A stretch of DNA of 64,000 nucleotides from Octopus vulgaris (Eukaryota): NCBI GenBank assembly GCA_951406725.2, contig OX597817.1, positions 51,088,001 through 51,152,000 on the forward strand. Reading direction: 5' to 3'. Within the stretch, counting starts at the first letter, position 1; every line of letters starts with the position of its first letter. Positions 26,668 to 40,740 of this stretch are shown here, piece after piece. The position numbers and the translations under genes are program-made. Below the pieces are notes generated by a model. The model was not told the origin of the DNA, searched no databases, and saw nothing but the letters and a program-made list of their open reading frames with translations.

Positions 26668-27249
26668 GAAAACACTTCAAATCGTCTGGGCGGGAGATGT
26701 GTTCTTCGAGAGGGATGTGTTCAAAAAGAAAATGGTTTATTCATATTATTTTTCTTTTCTTCATAGATCTGATTTGAAATCTTGCTCTGAGATCAACCTT
26801 CTGATGGAGTAAATTATATTGAATATGTAACCATACTGTCGTGATTGATCCACCGATCTCTTTGAAAAAAAAATTAATTAACGATTAATTCAACTTTTGT
26901 CTTTGGGAGAAACATCAATATAATATAAAATCAGACATTGAAATAATGCAAACATCATAAACAAAAAAAACAAACAAACCGATTCGGTTGACATGTATCT
27001 AAATGAGAGACATTTTGACAATTGAATAATGCATTTTTCATTTAAGCGGGTTATTAATTAAGATGAGATTGATGTGTTTGTAGAGATGTGATAATGAAAG
27101 TGTTTTAAAATGTCAAAGGTATTTATTATATTTTAAAAGTAAATTTTTCCAATATAAATGAATAGCCTCACTAATCATACAAACCATTACAATTAAAAAA
27201 ATTAGCCAAAAAAAAAACATTCGTTGTTGTATAAACTCATAAAAAAACA

Positions 27250-27579
27250 TGCATACATACACCCATAAGCATATACTTATACACACATATCCATTTATAT
27301 ATATATACATATATATTATGTTTGTATATACATTTATATGGATATATATATATATATATATACATATATACGTATATAAATATATGCGCACATATATACG
27401 TATATACATATATATAAATATATATAAACACACACACATATGTATATATATGTATATATATATATATATATATGGATATATATATATATATACATATGTA
27501 TATATATGTGTATATACATATGTATACATATGTGTGTATGCATATTTATATGTGTATATACATATATGTATACATATAA

Positions 27580-27628
<49 letters not shown>

Positions 27629-27697
27629 TAAATGTGTGTGTATGTGCATCGGGTAGATTTTTTTAATTTTTGACAGAATGTGGAGATCTTAGTGTGA

Positions 27698-27762
<65 letters not shown>

Positions 27763-27770
27763 ATGTATGT
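27250..27770. repeat. Degenerate (TA)n/(TG)n microsatellite
   Basis: Direct reading. Confidence 0.95.
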
Positions 27771-28866
27771 ATACGCGTTGTATATTTATAGTCAATAATA
27801 TAAAAAGTGATATTACTGATCAGTTCACCGAACTCATCGTGGCAATGTAAAACTATATGAAGGATTTGACCATACACGCTTATATGAAAGGTGAGAGGGC
27901 GGAAGGGCAATTTTCGCAATGCGTAAATATGAGATATGAGGCAAGTATGCTTGATGTAGGCGATCCTCGTTTAAAGAAAGTATATCTGCGTTTAAAGAGA
28001 GTATGATTTTGATTCTACTGGCAATGGAAATCATGTTTAGCATGAATGTTATAGAAAGTGGTAAATTTGAAGTGACAGTTTTATGTAAATAGTAATAAAT
28101 GTGACCCAACTTGGGTGTACAAATATAAAGAATCGTAGACTTTTTAGAATGACTATGATACTGTATGACACACTGTGTTCCTATGTAATATCACAGCGAT
28201 GTGTAAGAGACGTCTTGGCGCAGCCGCTTTGGAGCAAGCTATTTGGCGTCACGATACCTTTTGAGATATTAGAGGTTTTAGTTGTTTTTCTCTTCTCTCT
28301 GCTCTGCGTCAGAATTTCTCTGTCTCCCTACCTCTGTCTCTGTCTGTCTGTCTCTCTCTCTTTCTCTCTTTCTCTCTATCTCTGTCTGTCTCTCTCTCTC
28401 TGTCCCTCTCTCCCCCCTCCCCCCCTCTCTCTCTCTGTTCAAATGTGGAAACATATTTCTCCATTTGTATGAAGTGCTGATATCGTGTTCAGTTTGAAAA
28501 TTACCTCTCCTTTTTTCACTCAATCTTTCCACACATATGTACATTTCTTCTCGTGCGCAAGTCTTTGTGTGTTTGCCTCCAGAGCCAAAAAGCACTGCTA
28601 ACGAATATCCTGACAACCGCGCCAAATCTTCATCGTCCAAACAGCTGCAACCAAACGGCTCATTATCCATTCTGATTGGGAGAATCGCAAGAACAATGAA
28701 AAAGATACGATGCGTTATTACATTCTCAGTACAAATTCGACGAGTTTCATTTAGCCTTTCATACCCCCCGGGATTGATAAAATAAGGTTACAGCCTGATA
28801 CTAGGATTGGTGGTATTGTTTTTCACACTCTGCTCTACATTGCTGAACTTGTGTTCCACATTTTGA

Positions 28867-28910
<44 letters not shown>

Positions 28911-29087
28911 GCATTCATTCATTTGTTGAGTTCAATTCTAGTTTTCAAAATTGTATGTTTGTTTACGTAAACATTTTATCTACTCGGGACATTACAATTT
29001 AGATATAATCTCTCCATTCAATATATATGAAACCCAGCAAAACTTGCATACACACAAACGCATATGTTGTTATTTTTGTTTAGCTTT

Positions 29088-29260
29088 GGGCGAAAATCTT
29101 AGCGATATTTCGTCTGTCTTCATGTTCTGAGTTCAAATACCCACCAAGGTTGACTTTACTTCCATAAATCATGTACCAGTTACGCAATGGGGTCGATGTA
29201 ATCTACTCGTCCCTCCCCCGAAATTGTCGGGCTTCGTGCTTAGAATAGAAAAGATTATTG
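29088..29260 (+). mobile_element. SINE family A, tail type 2, 5'-truncated
   Basis: Family A body with tail ccctcccccgaaatt...gtgcttagaatagaaaagattatt. Confidence 0.75.
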
Positions 29261-29287
29261 GACTAGTTAATTACATACATACATATA

Positions 29288-29583
29288 TTCTTTTATATGT
29301 TTCAGTCATTTTACTGCGGTCATGCTGGATCACCGCCTTTAGCCAAACAAATCGACCCTAGGACTCATTCTGTCGGACAGGCAGACAAACACACATACAC
29401 ACACACACACATATATATACACAACGAACTTCTTTCATTTTCCGTCTACCAAATCCATTCACAACGCTTTGGTCAGCCTGAGGCTATCGTAGAAGATACG
29501 TCCAAGGTGTCATGCAGTGGAACTGAACCTGGGACCATGTGGTTCGTAAGCAAGCTACTTATCACACAGCCATTCCTGCGCCT
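29288..29583 (-). mobile_element. SINE family B, internally deleted
   Basis: Tail gtttcagtcattttactgcgg through head cagccattcctgcgcct. Confidence 0.8.
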
Positions 29584-29624
29584 ATATATATGTGTGTGTG
29601 TGTGTGTGTTAGTATGTCGGTGTA

Positions 29625-30000
29625 CGCGTGGCTGTGTGGTAAAAAGTTTGCTTCTCAACCACATGGTTTCGGATTCAATCCTGCTGCGTGGCACCTTGGG
29701 GATGAGTCATCTACTGTAGCGTCAGATCGACCAAAGTCTTGTGAGTGGATTTGGCAGAAGGAAACTGAAAGAGGCCCGTCAAATTTATATATGTCTATGT
29801 ATATGTCTGTGGGTGTTTGTGTTCGTTTGTCCTCCCCCCTTCAATCGACAACCGATGTCGGTGTGTTTACGTCCCCGTAACATAGCGGTTCAGCAGAAGA
29901 GACCTATAGAACAAGCACTAGCCTTTTACAGAATAAGTCCAGCAGTCGATTTCTCCAGCATGGATACTCCCAGATGACTGAAACAAGTAAATGAATAAAA
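29625..30000 (+). mobile_element. SINE family B
   Basis: Head gtggctgtgtggtaaaaag through tail tgactgaaacaagtaaa. Confidence 0.8.
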
Positions 30001-30419
30001 AAAATTAGCTAACAATTGCAGCGACGGTGTTCGTAAACCATTTTTTAAAAAAACCCGTTAGATTCACTTCAACGTTTAAACTTAAATTTCGTTCGAGCAC
30101 ACGATTTCAGATCAGATCACTTGCTATGCAAGTACATCTCCGTAAAAATAGATAGATAGATAGATAAATAGGTAGGTAGGTAGATCCCATGTCTCTCTTT
30201 GTGTTTATGTTCTGTTTAATCCATTCTGACTTTCTATGGTGTCTATCTTGGGGGGATGTTTGAGGAAAGTTCTCAAACAAAGGACATTATTATAAGAAGA
30301 GTAATAAAACCGAAACGAAGACCAAATATTTAGTGCCCGTAGTTAATTCACAAAAGCACGGCTATCCCCAAATAGCACAATATCTGTTTCAACACACGAT
30401 TTCACATCAGGAATCTCGC

Positions 30420-30422
<3 letters not shown>

Positions 30423-30497
<75 letters not shown>

Positions 30498-30572
30498 TAC
30501 ATACATACATACATACATACATACATACATACATACATACATACATACATACGTACATACATACATACATAC
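30423..30572. repeat. (CA)n(CATA)n microsatellite
   Basis: Direct reading. Confidence 0.95.
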
Positions 30573-30736
30573 GCAAGCAAGCAAGCTGTACTTGTATACG
30601 TATAAGCGAACTAATTTGAGTTTAATTCTTATATTTTGCCGCATGAATTCAGTTGATGATATACAATATTTCTATTCATATTTTATTTTTTTTTTTCTTT
30701 CTTCATTTATAATTTATTTATTATTTGTGTACTAGT

Positions 30737-30850
30737 TGAGCTGGCCGAAACGTTAGCACGCTGGACAAAATGCGTTGCAGCATATCCTCCATCCTTACGT
30801 TATGAGTTCAAATTCCACCGAGTTTGACTTTACTTGTCATCGTTTTAGAT
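30737..30850 (+). mobile_element. SINE family A head fragment
   Basis: gagctggccgaaacgttagcacgctgg...gagttcaaattcc. Confidence 0.7.
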
Positions 30851-30879
30851 TAGAAAAACGATGAACGGCAAATTTGTTA

Positions 30880-31115
30880 CATTATTATTATTATTATTAT
30901 TATATGTCACGGGTGTTGTTGGAACCCCTTGAGTCATACATGCGTGGCAGGTTTACTACCTGCAGTCTACAGTACTATGCTATCCATTCTTTTCAGTTAT
31001 CTAGCACTTACTTGAAGATTTTGGCTGTGCCAAAAAGGCAGGCCTTTTGTAACAGTTCTATTGGGTACTCTATCCCAATTTCTTTTATATTCTCCTTGAT
31101 GCCTTCTGATTTTTT
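30880..31115 (-). mobile_element. R4/Dong-like non-LTR element, 3' end with (AAT)n tail
   Basis: Translation IKEIGIEYPIELLQKACLFGTAKIFK*VLDN*, then a 3' UTR and (AAT)n. Confidence 0.6.
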
Positions 31116-31128
31116 TTAATATTATCAA

Positions 31129-31333
31129 GGCGGTGAGCTGGCGGAATCGTTAGCACGCTGGACGAAATGCTTAGCAGTATTTCGCCCGTCTTTGCGTTCT
31201 GAGTTCAAATCGCCTTTGCTTTTGATCCTTTCGAGGTCGGTTGAATAAGTACCAGTGGAGCACTGGGGCTGATGTAATTGATTTAATCCCTTCTCTCCAG
31301 ATTTCTGGCCTTGTGCTTGCAGTAGAAAGGATA
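31129..31333 (+). mobile_element. SINE family A, tail type 2
   Basis: Full head plus tail ggccttgtgcttgcagtagaaagg. Confidence 0.8.
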
Positions 31334-33151
31334 TTTTTGTCGGTTAGTTAATTACCAATTGGCTTTACATATTCATACAATAACAGCCCCTAAATTATAA
31401 ATCTAAATTCAGTTTCCTACACAATCTGAAACAGCAAAAATATTCTTGTAACAACAAAAAATACCAATACCAACATAGAAAACTTATTGTATGTATTCAT
31501 TGGAAAAAGTCTAATCATTTTGACATGTTTATCGCCATGATAATCATGAAACCTAAATTAATTAGTTGATCCGTAATTCTGAATAAATTTTTAAAAAAAA
31601 CAATATTCTCCACCAAAAACCGTTATAATAAACATCCGAGGATATTTTATTTCTCCTAATCAGATATATCAAATAAACAAACAATAAAATTTAAGAAAAC
31701 CAAAACAGTTTTGAAAGGAAAGTAAATATGAAAATATGGAAGAACAAAAACGAGCAAACTATTGATATTTATTGAAGCGAATCAAAAGAATTTATCTGAT
31801 ATTTTATAATGGTTATTACAAACAGCAATCTGATAGCATAGCAAAGACAAAGATTATTAACGAAATTAATGCAGGAGATCAAACATATCTATCGAAACTT
31901 GAGAAGGAGAGCGGAATAGTGTGTTTGATAATAAAACATTTTTTTCCATTTATCTTTTTTCTTAACGAAGCAAATTTTAAGAAATAGACTCCCACAGAAT
32001 TAATAAAGTGGACTCGCCTGATATAGGCTTCACAAGTAAAAAGTACTTTAGAAGGAAGTATTTCTGAAATAAAACATAAATATCATCTCTACCAGTTCGG
32101 GACAAATTATTCCAAGGCATTCCTGAGCTCAAACACATCCAGATTAAAATGGGATGTAAAATATTGCTGCTGAATTTTCCCAAAAGAATTATACGCAAGC
32201 TATGATTATAAGAACACAAGCTTATATAAATAACCAATATTTCCTATATATTCGGCAATAACTGAAACAAGTAAAACATGAAAGATTATCGGGACACCAG
32301 CGCCTGTTCTGACACTGTTTTTGTATATATCGCTGGTGGGGAAATGAGTCGCTGCTATATCTAACAATCGAGCGTCTTTCATTGAAGAAGCAACAGAAGG
32401 TTGAAACGACGTAATCTTGTGGTCTCGTTACAGGAGATACTTTTTGCACCAAATGCCAGTATGAAGATATGAAGGTATCTACTGCAGTATAGTGGGGATA
32501 AATAGTATTTCTCGGTATTAATACTGCTTCTGTCGCAGATATATATCACCAAAACTAAATGCTGAATTTATTCTAATGGAATCGTTATTCCGAAGTCTCA
32601 AGCCCGAGCATCCCCTGTGAAGGGACAGGCATGAGATCTGCCCTTCACATTTCTAGACTGAAATTTAATAAAAATGGCTGCTTAGTTATATGGGATGTGT
32701 TTTATTTCTAGAAGATGGACATATCCCGATCTCTCTCTCTCGATGTGTATATATATACATATATATGTGTGTGTGTGTTTGTGTGTGTGTGTGTATGTAT
32801 ATTTGTATGTATGTATGTATGTATGTATGTATGTATGTATGTATGTATGTATGTATGCATGTATGTATGTGTATATTATGACAAATATCTAAGAATGGAG
32901 TTAGCAAATCATTATACGTAATACGTGGATATTTTTTGGATTTTCAGATAGAGTGATATTGTGAAAAATCTCCTCTTCAAATTTCTGTCAACCGCCATCT
33001 GGCGATGTGTTTCGTGTGTGAAACACCAAGGTTATATACACCACCAGCCATGTATATGTACTTATATATATATATATATGTACATACAGGCTTATTCAAA
33101 AGCACACACAATGCACGCACGCGTGTATATATATATATAAAGTATAAATAT

Positions 33152-33222
<71 letters not shown>

Positions 33223-34269
33223 GGCTTAAACGGCAAAATACACGAGGAAGGGTGATATACATCATTGTCCCAAAAGGTATGGTATTCATTACGAGTCAAA
33301 ATTGCAATAGCATGCGTCTTTGCGGTAACAATAAACGTAACCAATTTCCTATATTTCCTTGCCCGTATGGAAACTGATACACTAAGGTTTAGCAGTTAAT
33401 CATCTAACTAACCTATAAATATCATCAATAACTTCATTTACAATATATCAATAAGGTAGTCAAATATATCTGACAATATAATTGATTAATGGCGTTTTAA
33501 GTACTTCCATGTCATAGATATGAAGTTTACCTACACGACAGATAAAGAACATATACAGGGAAAAAAATACAATACTCATCATCGATAAGGACTTTATAAA
33601 TGGACAAAATACATGGGATTTTTTCATAAAATATTTGAACAGAACATGATTTTCCAACTTACATAATAGCATTTTCATCATTAGCATAACTATGACAAAT
33701 TAGTTAATAGAAATACAGCCGAGATATCTTAGTCAACATGTTGTTCAGATATTAGCATATCCAAATAATACATATAAAAGCTATACGCATTTCAAAACAA
33801 CCACAAATGCTGAAACTAGAATAATTGTCTCCTAGATAACAAGATAAAATATATGGCAAAAAGAAAAGGAATGATGACGTAAAATACAGCCATATCATTC
33901 TAAACATTCTACAGTTTTGAATGCACAATGCATTATAAACAAAATTTCTATACTATATCGCAACGACACGAAAATAAACAGAAATCTAGTATCAAGTTAT
34001 GTTTTGACACTGAAAAAGGAAGAATAATTTCAATTGGAACATCATGTGAAATTATATCTCACGCTAACAAATGCAAATTATGGTCACTATAGAAATCTGA
34101 ACAACAGATCTTTAATAGAAATTCCAAAACATTAATACCACCGTAAACTAAATTCTGCTAACTATATAAACCGAATGAATACGCGAGAATGAAATAAATA
34201 TTTCGTAATAAATACTCTAACAGAAAGTTGGGCGTTTTATATATTTAGCATTTCTATGTAATCTTTTAT

Positions 34270-34480
34270 TATTTTATTCTTTTATATGTTTCAGTCATTT
34301 GACTGCGGCCATGCTGGAGCAGCGCCTATTAGTCGAAGAAATCGACATGCAGGAATTATTCTTTGTAAGCCTGGTCTATCGCACTCCTTTGCTGAATTGC
34401 TAAGTCAAGGGGACGTAAACACACCAACATCAGTTGTCAAGCGATGGTGGGTGGTCATACACTGACACAAACACACAGGC
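34270..34480 (-). mobile_element. SINE family B, 3' half
   Basis: gtttcagtcatttgactgcggccatgctggagc...ggggacgtaaacacacc, ending at the internal microsatellite. Confidence 0.8.
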
Positions 34481-34509
34481 ATAAATATATACATATATAA
34501 ACACATAAT

Positions 34510-34601
<92 letters not shown>

Positions 34602-34716
34602 ATATATAAATATATATATATGTATATATAAATATATATATATATGTTTTTTTATATATATATGTATATGTATGTATATATGTATATATATATATGTATA
34701 TATGTATATATATATG

Positions 34717-34764
<48 letters not shown>

Positions 34765-34774
34765 TATATATATG

Positions 34775-34814
<40 letters not shown>

Positions 34815-34842
34815 TGTATATATATGTATATGTGTATATATG

Positions 34843-34873
<31 letters not shown>

Positions 34874-34919
34874 GTATATATATATGTATATGTGTATATA
34901 TGTATATATATATATGTAT

Positions 34920-34951
<32 letters not shown>

Positions 34952-35046
34952 GTATAGGTATGTATATATATATATATATGTATATATATGTATATGTATA
35001 TATATATATGTATATGTATATATATATATGTATATATATATATATG

Positions 35047-35084
<38 letters not shown>

Positions 35085-35085
35085 G

Positions 35086-35134
<49 letters not shown>

Positions 35135-35157
35135 GTATATATATATTATATATATCC

Positions 35158-35503
35158 TTAAATCCTTAAAAATGTTTTAGCCCAAAGGCCGCGGCCATGC
35201 TGGGGCACCACCGCTGAATAAGCTACACTAGTTTGTGAATCCACCTCTGATACGTGGCACTTGATCAACAAGGGAGTTCGATGCTGCTGCTCGCATCCGT
35301 GTCTCCTCTCGTGAGGTAGGTTCATCTGGGACTCCCAACAAGAAGAGATCCAGTTTAGTTTTAAAGAAACCCACATCCACACCATGTAAGTCTCTCAGGC
35401 ATTTAGGGAGGATGTTAAAGAGCTGTGGTCCTCTGAAACCCAAGCTGTTGCAGTATCTGGACCTGTATTTTGATGGTGATGTTGGAATCCTTGGCACCAC
35501 GCA
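35158..35503 (-). mobile_element. CR1-group LINE short 3' fragment, sister subfamily
   Basis: [43 protein letters not shown] aligns to the 36108 copy; same 3' motif gtgccccagcatggcc. Confidence 0.9.
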
Positions 35504-35550
35504 TATATGTATATGTATATATGTATATATATATGTATATGTATGTATAT

Positions 35551-35596
<46 letters not shown>

Positions 35597-35627
35597 GTAT
35601 ATGTGTATATATATATATATATGTATA

Positions 35628-35658
<31 letters not shown>

Positions 35659-35671
35659 GTATATGTATATG

Positions 35672-35718
<47 letters not shown>

Positions 35719-35771
35719 ATGTATATGTATATATATATGTGTGTATGTATATGTATATATATATATATATG

Positions 35772-35802
<31 letters not shown>

Positions 35803-35812
35803 GTATATGTAT

Positions 35813-35858
<46 letters not shown>

Positions 35859-35997
35859 GTATATGTATATATATATGTATATATATATATGTATATGTAT
35901 ATATATATATATGTATATGTATATGTATATATATATGTATATGTATATATATATATGTATATGTATATATATATATATGTATATGTATATGTATATA

Positions 35998-36074
<77 letters not shown>

Positions 36075-36107
36075 GAATATATATATATGTATTTATATAT
36101 ATATATA

Positions 36108-36864
36108 ACCTTTCGTGTACATGTTGCTAAATTGGCAATGAAATGTAGACGCCTGGCAATGAAATGTAGACGACGATGGATTCTCAGAACCTTTAGAATA
36201 AGAGAACAAGAAACCATGATGGTCCTCTGGAGGACACTTGTCCTAAGCCACTTTGACTATTGCTCTCAGTGATGGTCACCATCCAGTGTCAAGTTGATCA
36301 CAGAGCTCGAGGCGATCCAGCGTAGCTACACGAAGAAGATAGCCTCTATGCAGAATGTAAGCTACTGGGAAAGACTCAAGAGATTAAAACTATATTCCTT
36401 AGAGTGTAGGCGGGAAAGATATGCCATAATATACATCTGGAAGATCCTGGAGGGACGTGTCCCAAACTTTGGCATCGAGACTTACACAAATGCCAGAACT
36501 GGGCGCCACTGCGTGGTGCCTAGGACTCCAAATTTGCCATCAAGATGTAGGACAAGATACTGTAATAGCCTGGGCTTCCGAGGCCCACAGCTCTTCAATA
36601 TCCTCCCGAAGAACCTGAGAGACCTGCATGGCGTGGATGCAGATGTCTTTAAAATGAAACTGGATCTCTTCCTGCCAGGTGTCCCGGACGAACCAACTTC
36701 ACGGCAGGAGGTGCAGATGAGGGCAGCTGCATCGAACTCTCTCATGCACCAAATGGCAGTTGCTAAAAAGCTTTCGTGAAGTAAAACCAAGTAGCAACAC
36801 CAAATGGCGGTGCCCCAGCATGGCCACAGCTCATGAGCTGAAACTAGAATCAATCAATCAATCA
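36108..36864 (+). mobile_element. CR1-group LINE 3' fragment (ORF2 C-terminus and 3' UTR)
   Basis: [18 protein letters not shown]...LEAIQRSYTKKI...SYWERLKRLKLYSLECRRER...FKMKLDLFL; one premature stop; (aatc)n tail; flanked by (TA)n. Confidence 0.9.
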
Positions 36865-36908
36865 TATATATGTATATATATATATGTATTTATATATATA
36901 TATATATG

Positions 36909-36953
<45 letters not shown>

Positions 36954-37164
36954 TTATGTATATATGTATAATAGAAATATGAAAATTACTAAGTTTCTCT
37001 AAAAGAGAACACGGCAGCGTTCCTGGAAAATAATAGTTCGAAGGTTATATGGATACAGTTTGTGTATCAAATAGCTAACTTAAGGCGATGGCCTCATGGA
37101 GCTAATAAGCGGACAGCTTTATTCTTATTTTTATAAGAATGCCATATTAGTATGGCGATAACTA

Positions 37165-37228
<64 letters not shown>

Positions 37229-37291
37229 TGTATTTATATATTATATGTATATATATATATGTATATATTTATATATATATATATGTATATT

Positions 37292-37322
<31 letters not shown>

Positions 37323-37361
37323 GTATATATATATATGCATATATATATAAGTATATATATG

Positions 37362-37394
<33 letters not shown>

Positions 37395-37452
37395 GTATAT
37401 ATATATGTATATATATATATATGTATATGTATATGTATATATATATGTATAT

Positions 37453-37505
<53 letters not shown>

Positions 37506-37615
37506 CATATGTATATATATATACGTATATATATGTGTATGTATATATATATGTATATATATATATATGTATATATATGTGTATATAGGAAAAAAGCAAC
37601 AAGAATGGATTAAAA

Positions 37616-37703
37616 TTTCGGTACAATTGTTTCGTACGAGGACATCTTTAATAAGCTACAAAAAATGCAGTAAATCCAGATGGCTCGTACTCGTCAGCCG
37701 AAA
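37616..37703 (-). ncRNA. Type I hammerhead ribozyme (intact core), in a probable Penelope-like terminal-repeat remnant
   Basis: Minus strand reads tttcgg-CTGACGA-gtacgag...ctcgtac-GAAA-caattg-TA/ccgaaa: 6-bp stem I, 7-bp stem II, palindromic stem III, GUA cleavage triplet. Confidence 0.8.
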
Positions 37704-37996
37704 AAACATCAGAGAATTCCCAAACATCAAAAGGGGTAGATACAAATGAGGGTGTAAGTTTAACTGCATTGAAGAAAGTTCGATTCATGGAGATCCGATG
37801 GAAGGTCATAAACTTACAGAATTTGTGCATGTCTATATATAGCTCATATTGAATTGCTAATCCATATGTATATATATATATATGTATATATATATGTATA
37901 TATTTATGTATATATATGTATTTATATAAATATATATATATATGTATATATATATATGTATGTATATATATATATATGTATATATATGTATGTATG

Positions 37997-38081
<85 letters not shown>

Positions 38082-38262
38082 GTATATATATATGTATATA
38101 TATATTCATATATATATGTATATATATATATATGTATATATATATGTATATATATACATATATATATGTATATATATATATGTATATATATATATGTATA
38201 TATATTTATGTAAATATATATATATTTATATATATATATATATGTAAATATATATATATATG

Positions 38263-38302
<40 letters not shown>

Positions 38303-38303
38303 A

Positions 38304-38481
<178 letters not shown>

Positions 38482-38488
38482 TATAAAG

Positions 38489-38630
38489 CGACAGGTTTCA
38501 TTGACTTTCCGTCTACCAAATCCACTCACAGTGATTTTTATGCGCTAGCGACTATAGTAGAAGACACTTAATGAAGGTGCCACGCAGTGGGACTGAACCA
38601 GGAACCATGTGATTGGGAAGAGCCACGGCC
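38489..38630 (-). mobile_element. SINE family B, 5' half
   Basis: ttccgtctaccaaatccactcaca...gtgggactgaacc, starting at the internal microsatellite. Confidence 0.8.
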
Positions 38631-38699
38631 CGTATACTTATTTTATTTATATATACTTATTCAAATGCTCCCGTACGCTCTCATGTCCACATACACCAA

Positions 38700-38843
<144 letters not shown>

Positions 38844-40144
38844 GTGAATGCAATTAATTGTTTTTGCCCCCTAAGAAATATTACTGATCCAACAAATAAG
38901 AATAATTAAAAGATGTAGGCTAAAATTATTCTTATAATCAAGCAAAAATTCTCTCCTCCTATACCTATGAGTATGCAAAATTTTCAGTATGAGACTTTGT
39001 TTAAATTTATACGTTTGGTTACATGATTTACCCCTACATACGTCATAGTTTGAGACGTTTCCACTTCTAAGTAATATGATGACTTGTGAACCGTTTTATA
39101 TATCTCTGCTTACATAAATATTAGAGATACTTGAGAAATAGCGAGTATGTGTCTGTGTAAATGGAAGCCATCTTTTAGTCATCCCCTAAGAACCTGATTA
39201 AATCTTTTCCTGTAAAAAGAAATAATATTCGTTTATTTTTTATCAAAAAACGAAAAAGAAACCATCTTTTATATCATAGACCTTAACATAAGCAAAACAT
39301 TCAGTTTCACAGAATCAAAAATAAAGAAAAATATCGTGAGAAACATTATCTTACAAAATAACTCCCCTTATACGCATAACGGTTTAACATAAACTATCTA
39401 CTTAAATTAACAATGCCTACTTAAATCTCAACTTGAATTCTCAAAATCAACATGTAATAAATTACAAATACATCATGCTTTCTATAGATGCATCGAAATG
39501 TAGGAATGAAAGACAAATTATACTATAATTTTCCCAATTTTACGATTGAATCGTTCCTGGAAACATAAAAATTTAGGAGTTCAGTTCGTCAACAAAATTA
39601 CTATTGAATTTCTACTTCAAAGGGAAGCGCCAAATTACCATTCTTTTATAATAACCAGGCAATGCTTAGTGTAATTCAGTGCCCCTTCCTTAATCACAAT
39701 AAGCAATGAATTTTGTTGATTTATAATAAATGCTTATTCCTACTCCTGTAGGAAACAGCAATGCATTTAAAATATGTATACAAGGTCCTCGTCTTCGAGA
39801 TAGGCTTTGAGATTTCTATTCTGGTTGCAGGTAAACGCTATCTTAAATGGATAAGTAACACGCACACACAGACACGGTAGTTGTTGACTAATTACGCAGA
39901 GTGACATACACACACAGACATACATGATACACACACACACACATACATATATTAATAAATTCTGTTGTGGGGTTTCTGGTGGGGAGGTGAGATGTGTAAA
40001 TACTGAGAGATGCAAAACAAAAAAAGAGTACTTTGGCATTAGAGTCCCTTATAAATTATTAGATGAGTACTGCACGATTAATTACTTCGAATCTCAGAGA
40101 ATCAGAATATGAAAAGAACGTAGTAATTAACACACGCATATACA

Positions 40145-40226
<82 letters not shown>

Positions 40227-40416
40227 GGAATATATATACATATATATATATATATATAATAAAGACGTGCGTGTGTTTGAAAGTTCGGCTACGTATATGG
40301 CGTAAATTTTGTTACAGATGTCCTGGTCTTCTTATTCCTATCATTCACGGATGATACTCTCTAACTAAAGCTCCAGCTTCTAACTTTTCTCATTTCAGTA
40401 TTTCATTGAACTTTTC

Positions 40417-40740
40417 CAATGGAACAGCCTGCTCGTGAAATTAACGTGTAAGTGGCTGAGCACTCCACAGACACGTGTACCCTTAACGTAGTTCTCGGGG
40501 ATATTCAGCGTGACACAGAGAGTGAGCTTTGAAATACAGGTACGACAGAAACAGGAAGTGAGAGTGAGAGAAAGTTGAGGTGAAAGAGTACAACAGGGAT
40601 CACCACCATCCCCTGCCGGAGCCTCGTGGAGCTTTAGGTGTTTTCTCTCAATAAACACTCACAACGCCCGGTCTGGGAATCGAAACCACGATCCTATGAC
40701 TGCGAGTCCGCTGCCCTAACCACTAGGCCATTGCGCCTCC
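40417..40740 (-). mobile_element. SINE with family C head and family D body
   Basis: Head as at 49609; body 40417-40530 is nearly identical to 9250-9355. Confidence 0.85.

Noticed and set aside
31500-34200. Possible ancient Penelope-like coding remnants
   Set aside because: A-rich and suggestive, but no motif could be read confidently.
36294-36779. 161-aa ORF as a host gene
   Set aside because: It is the C-terminus of a truncated CR1 ORF2, downstream of a premature stop.
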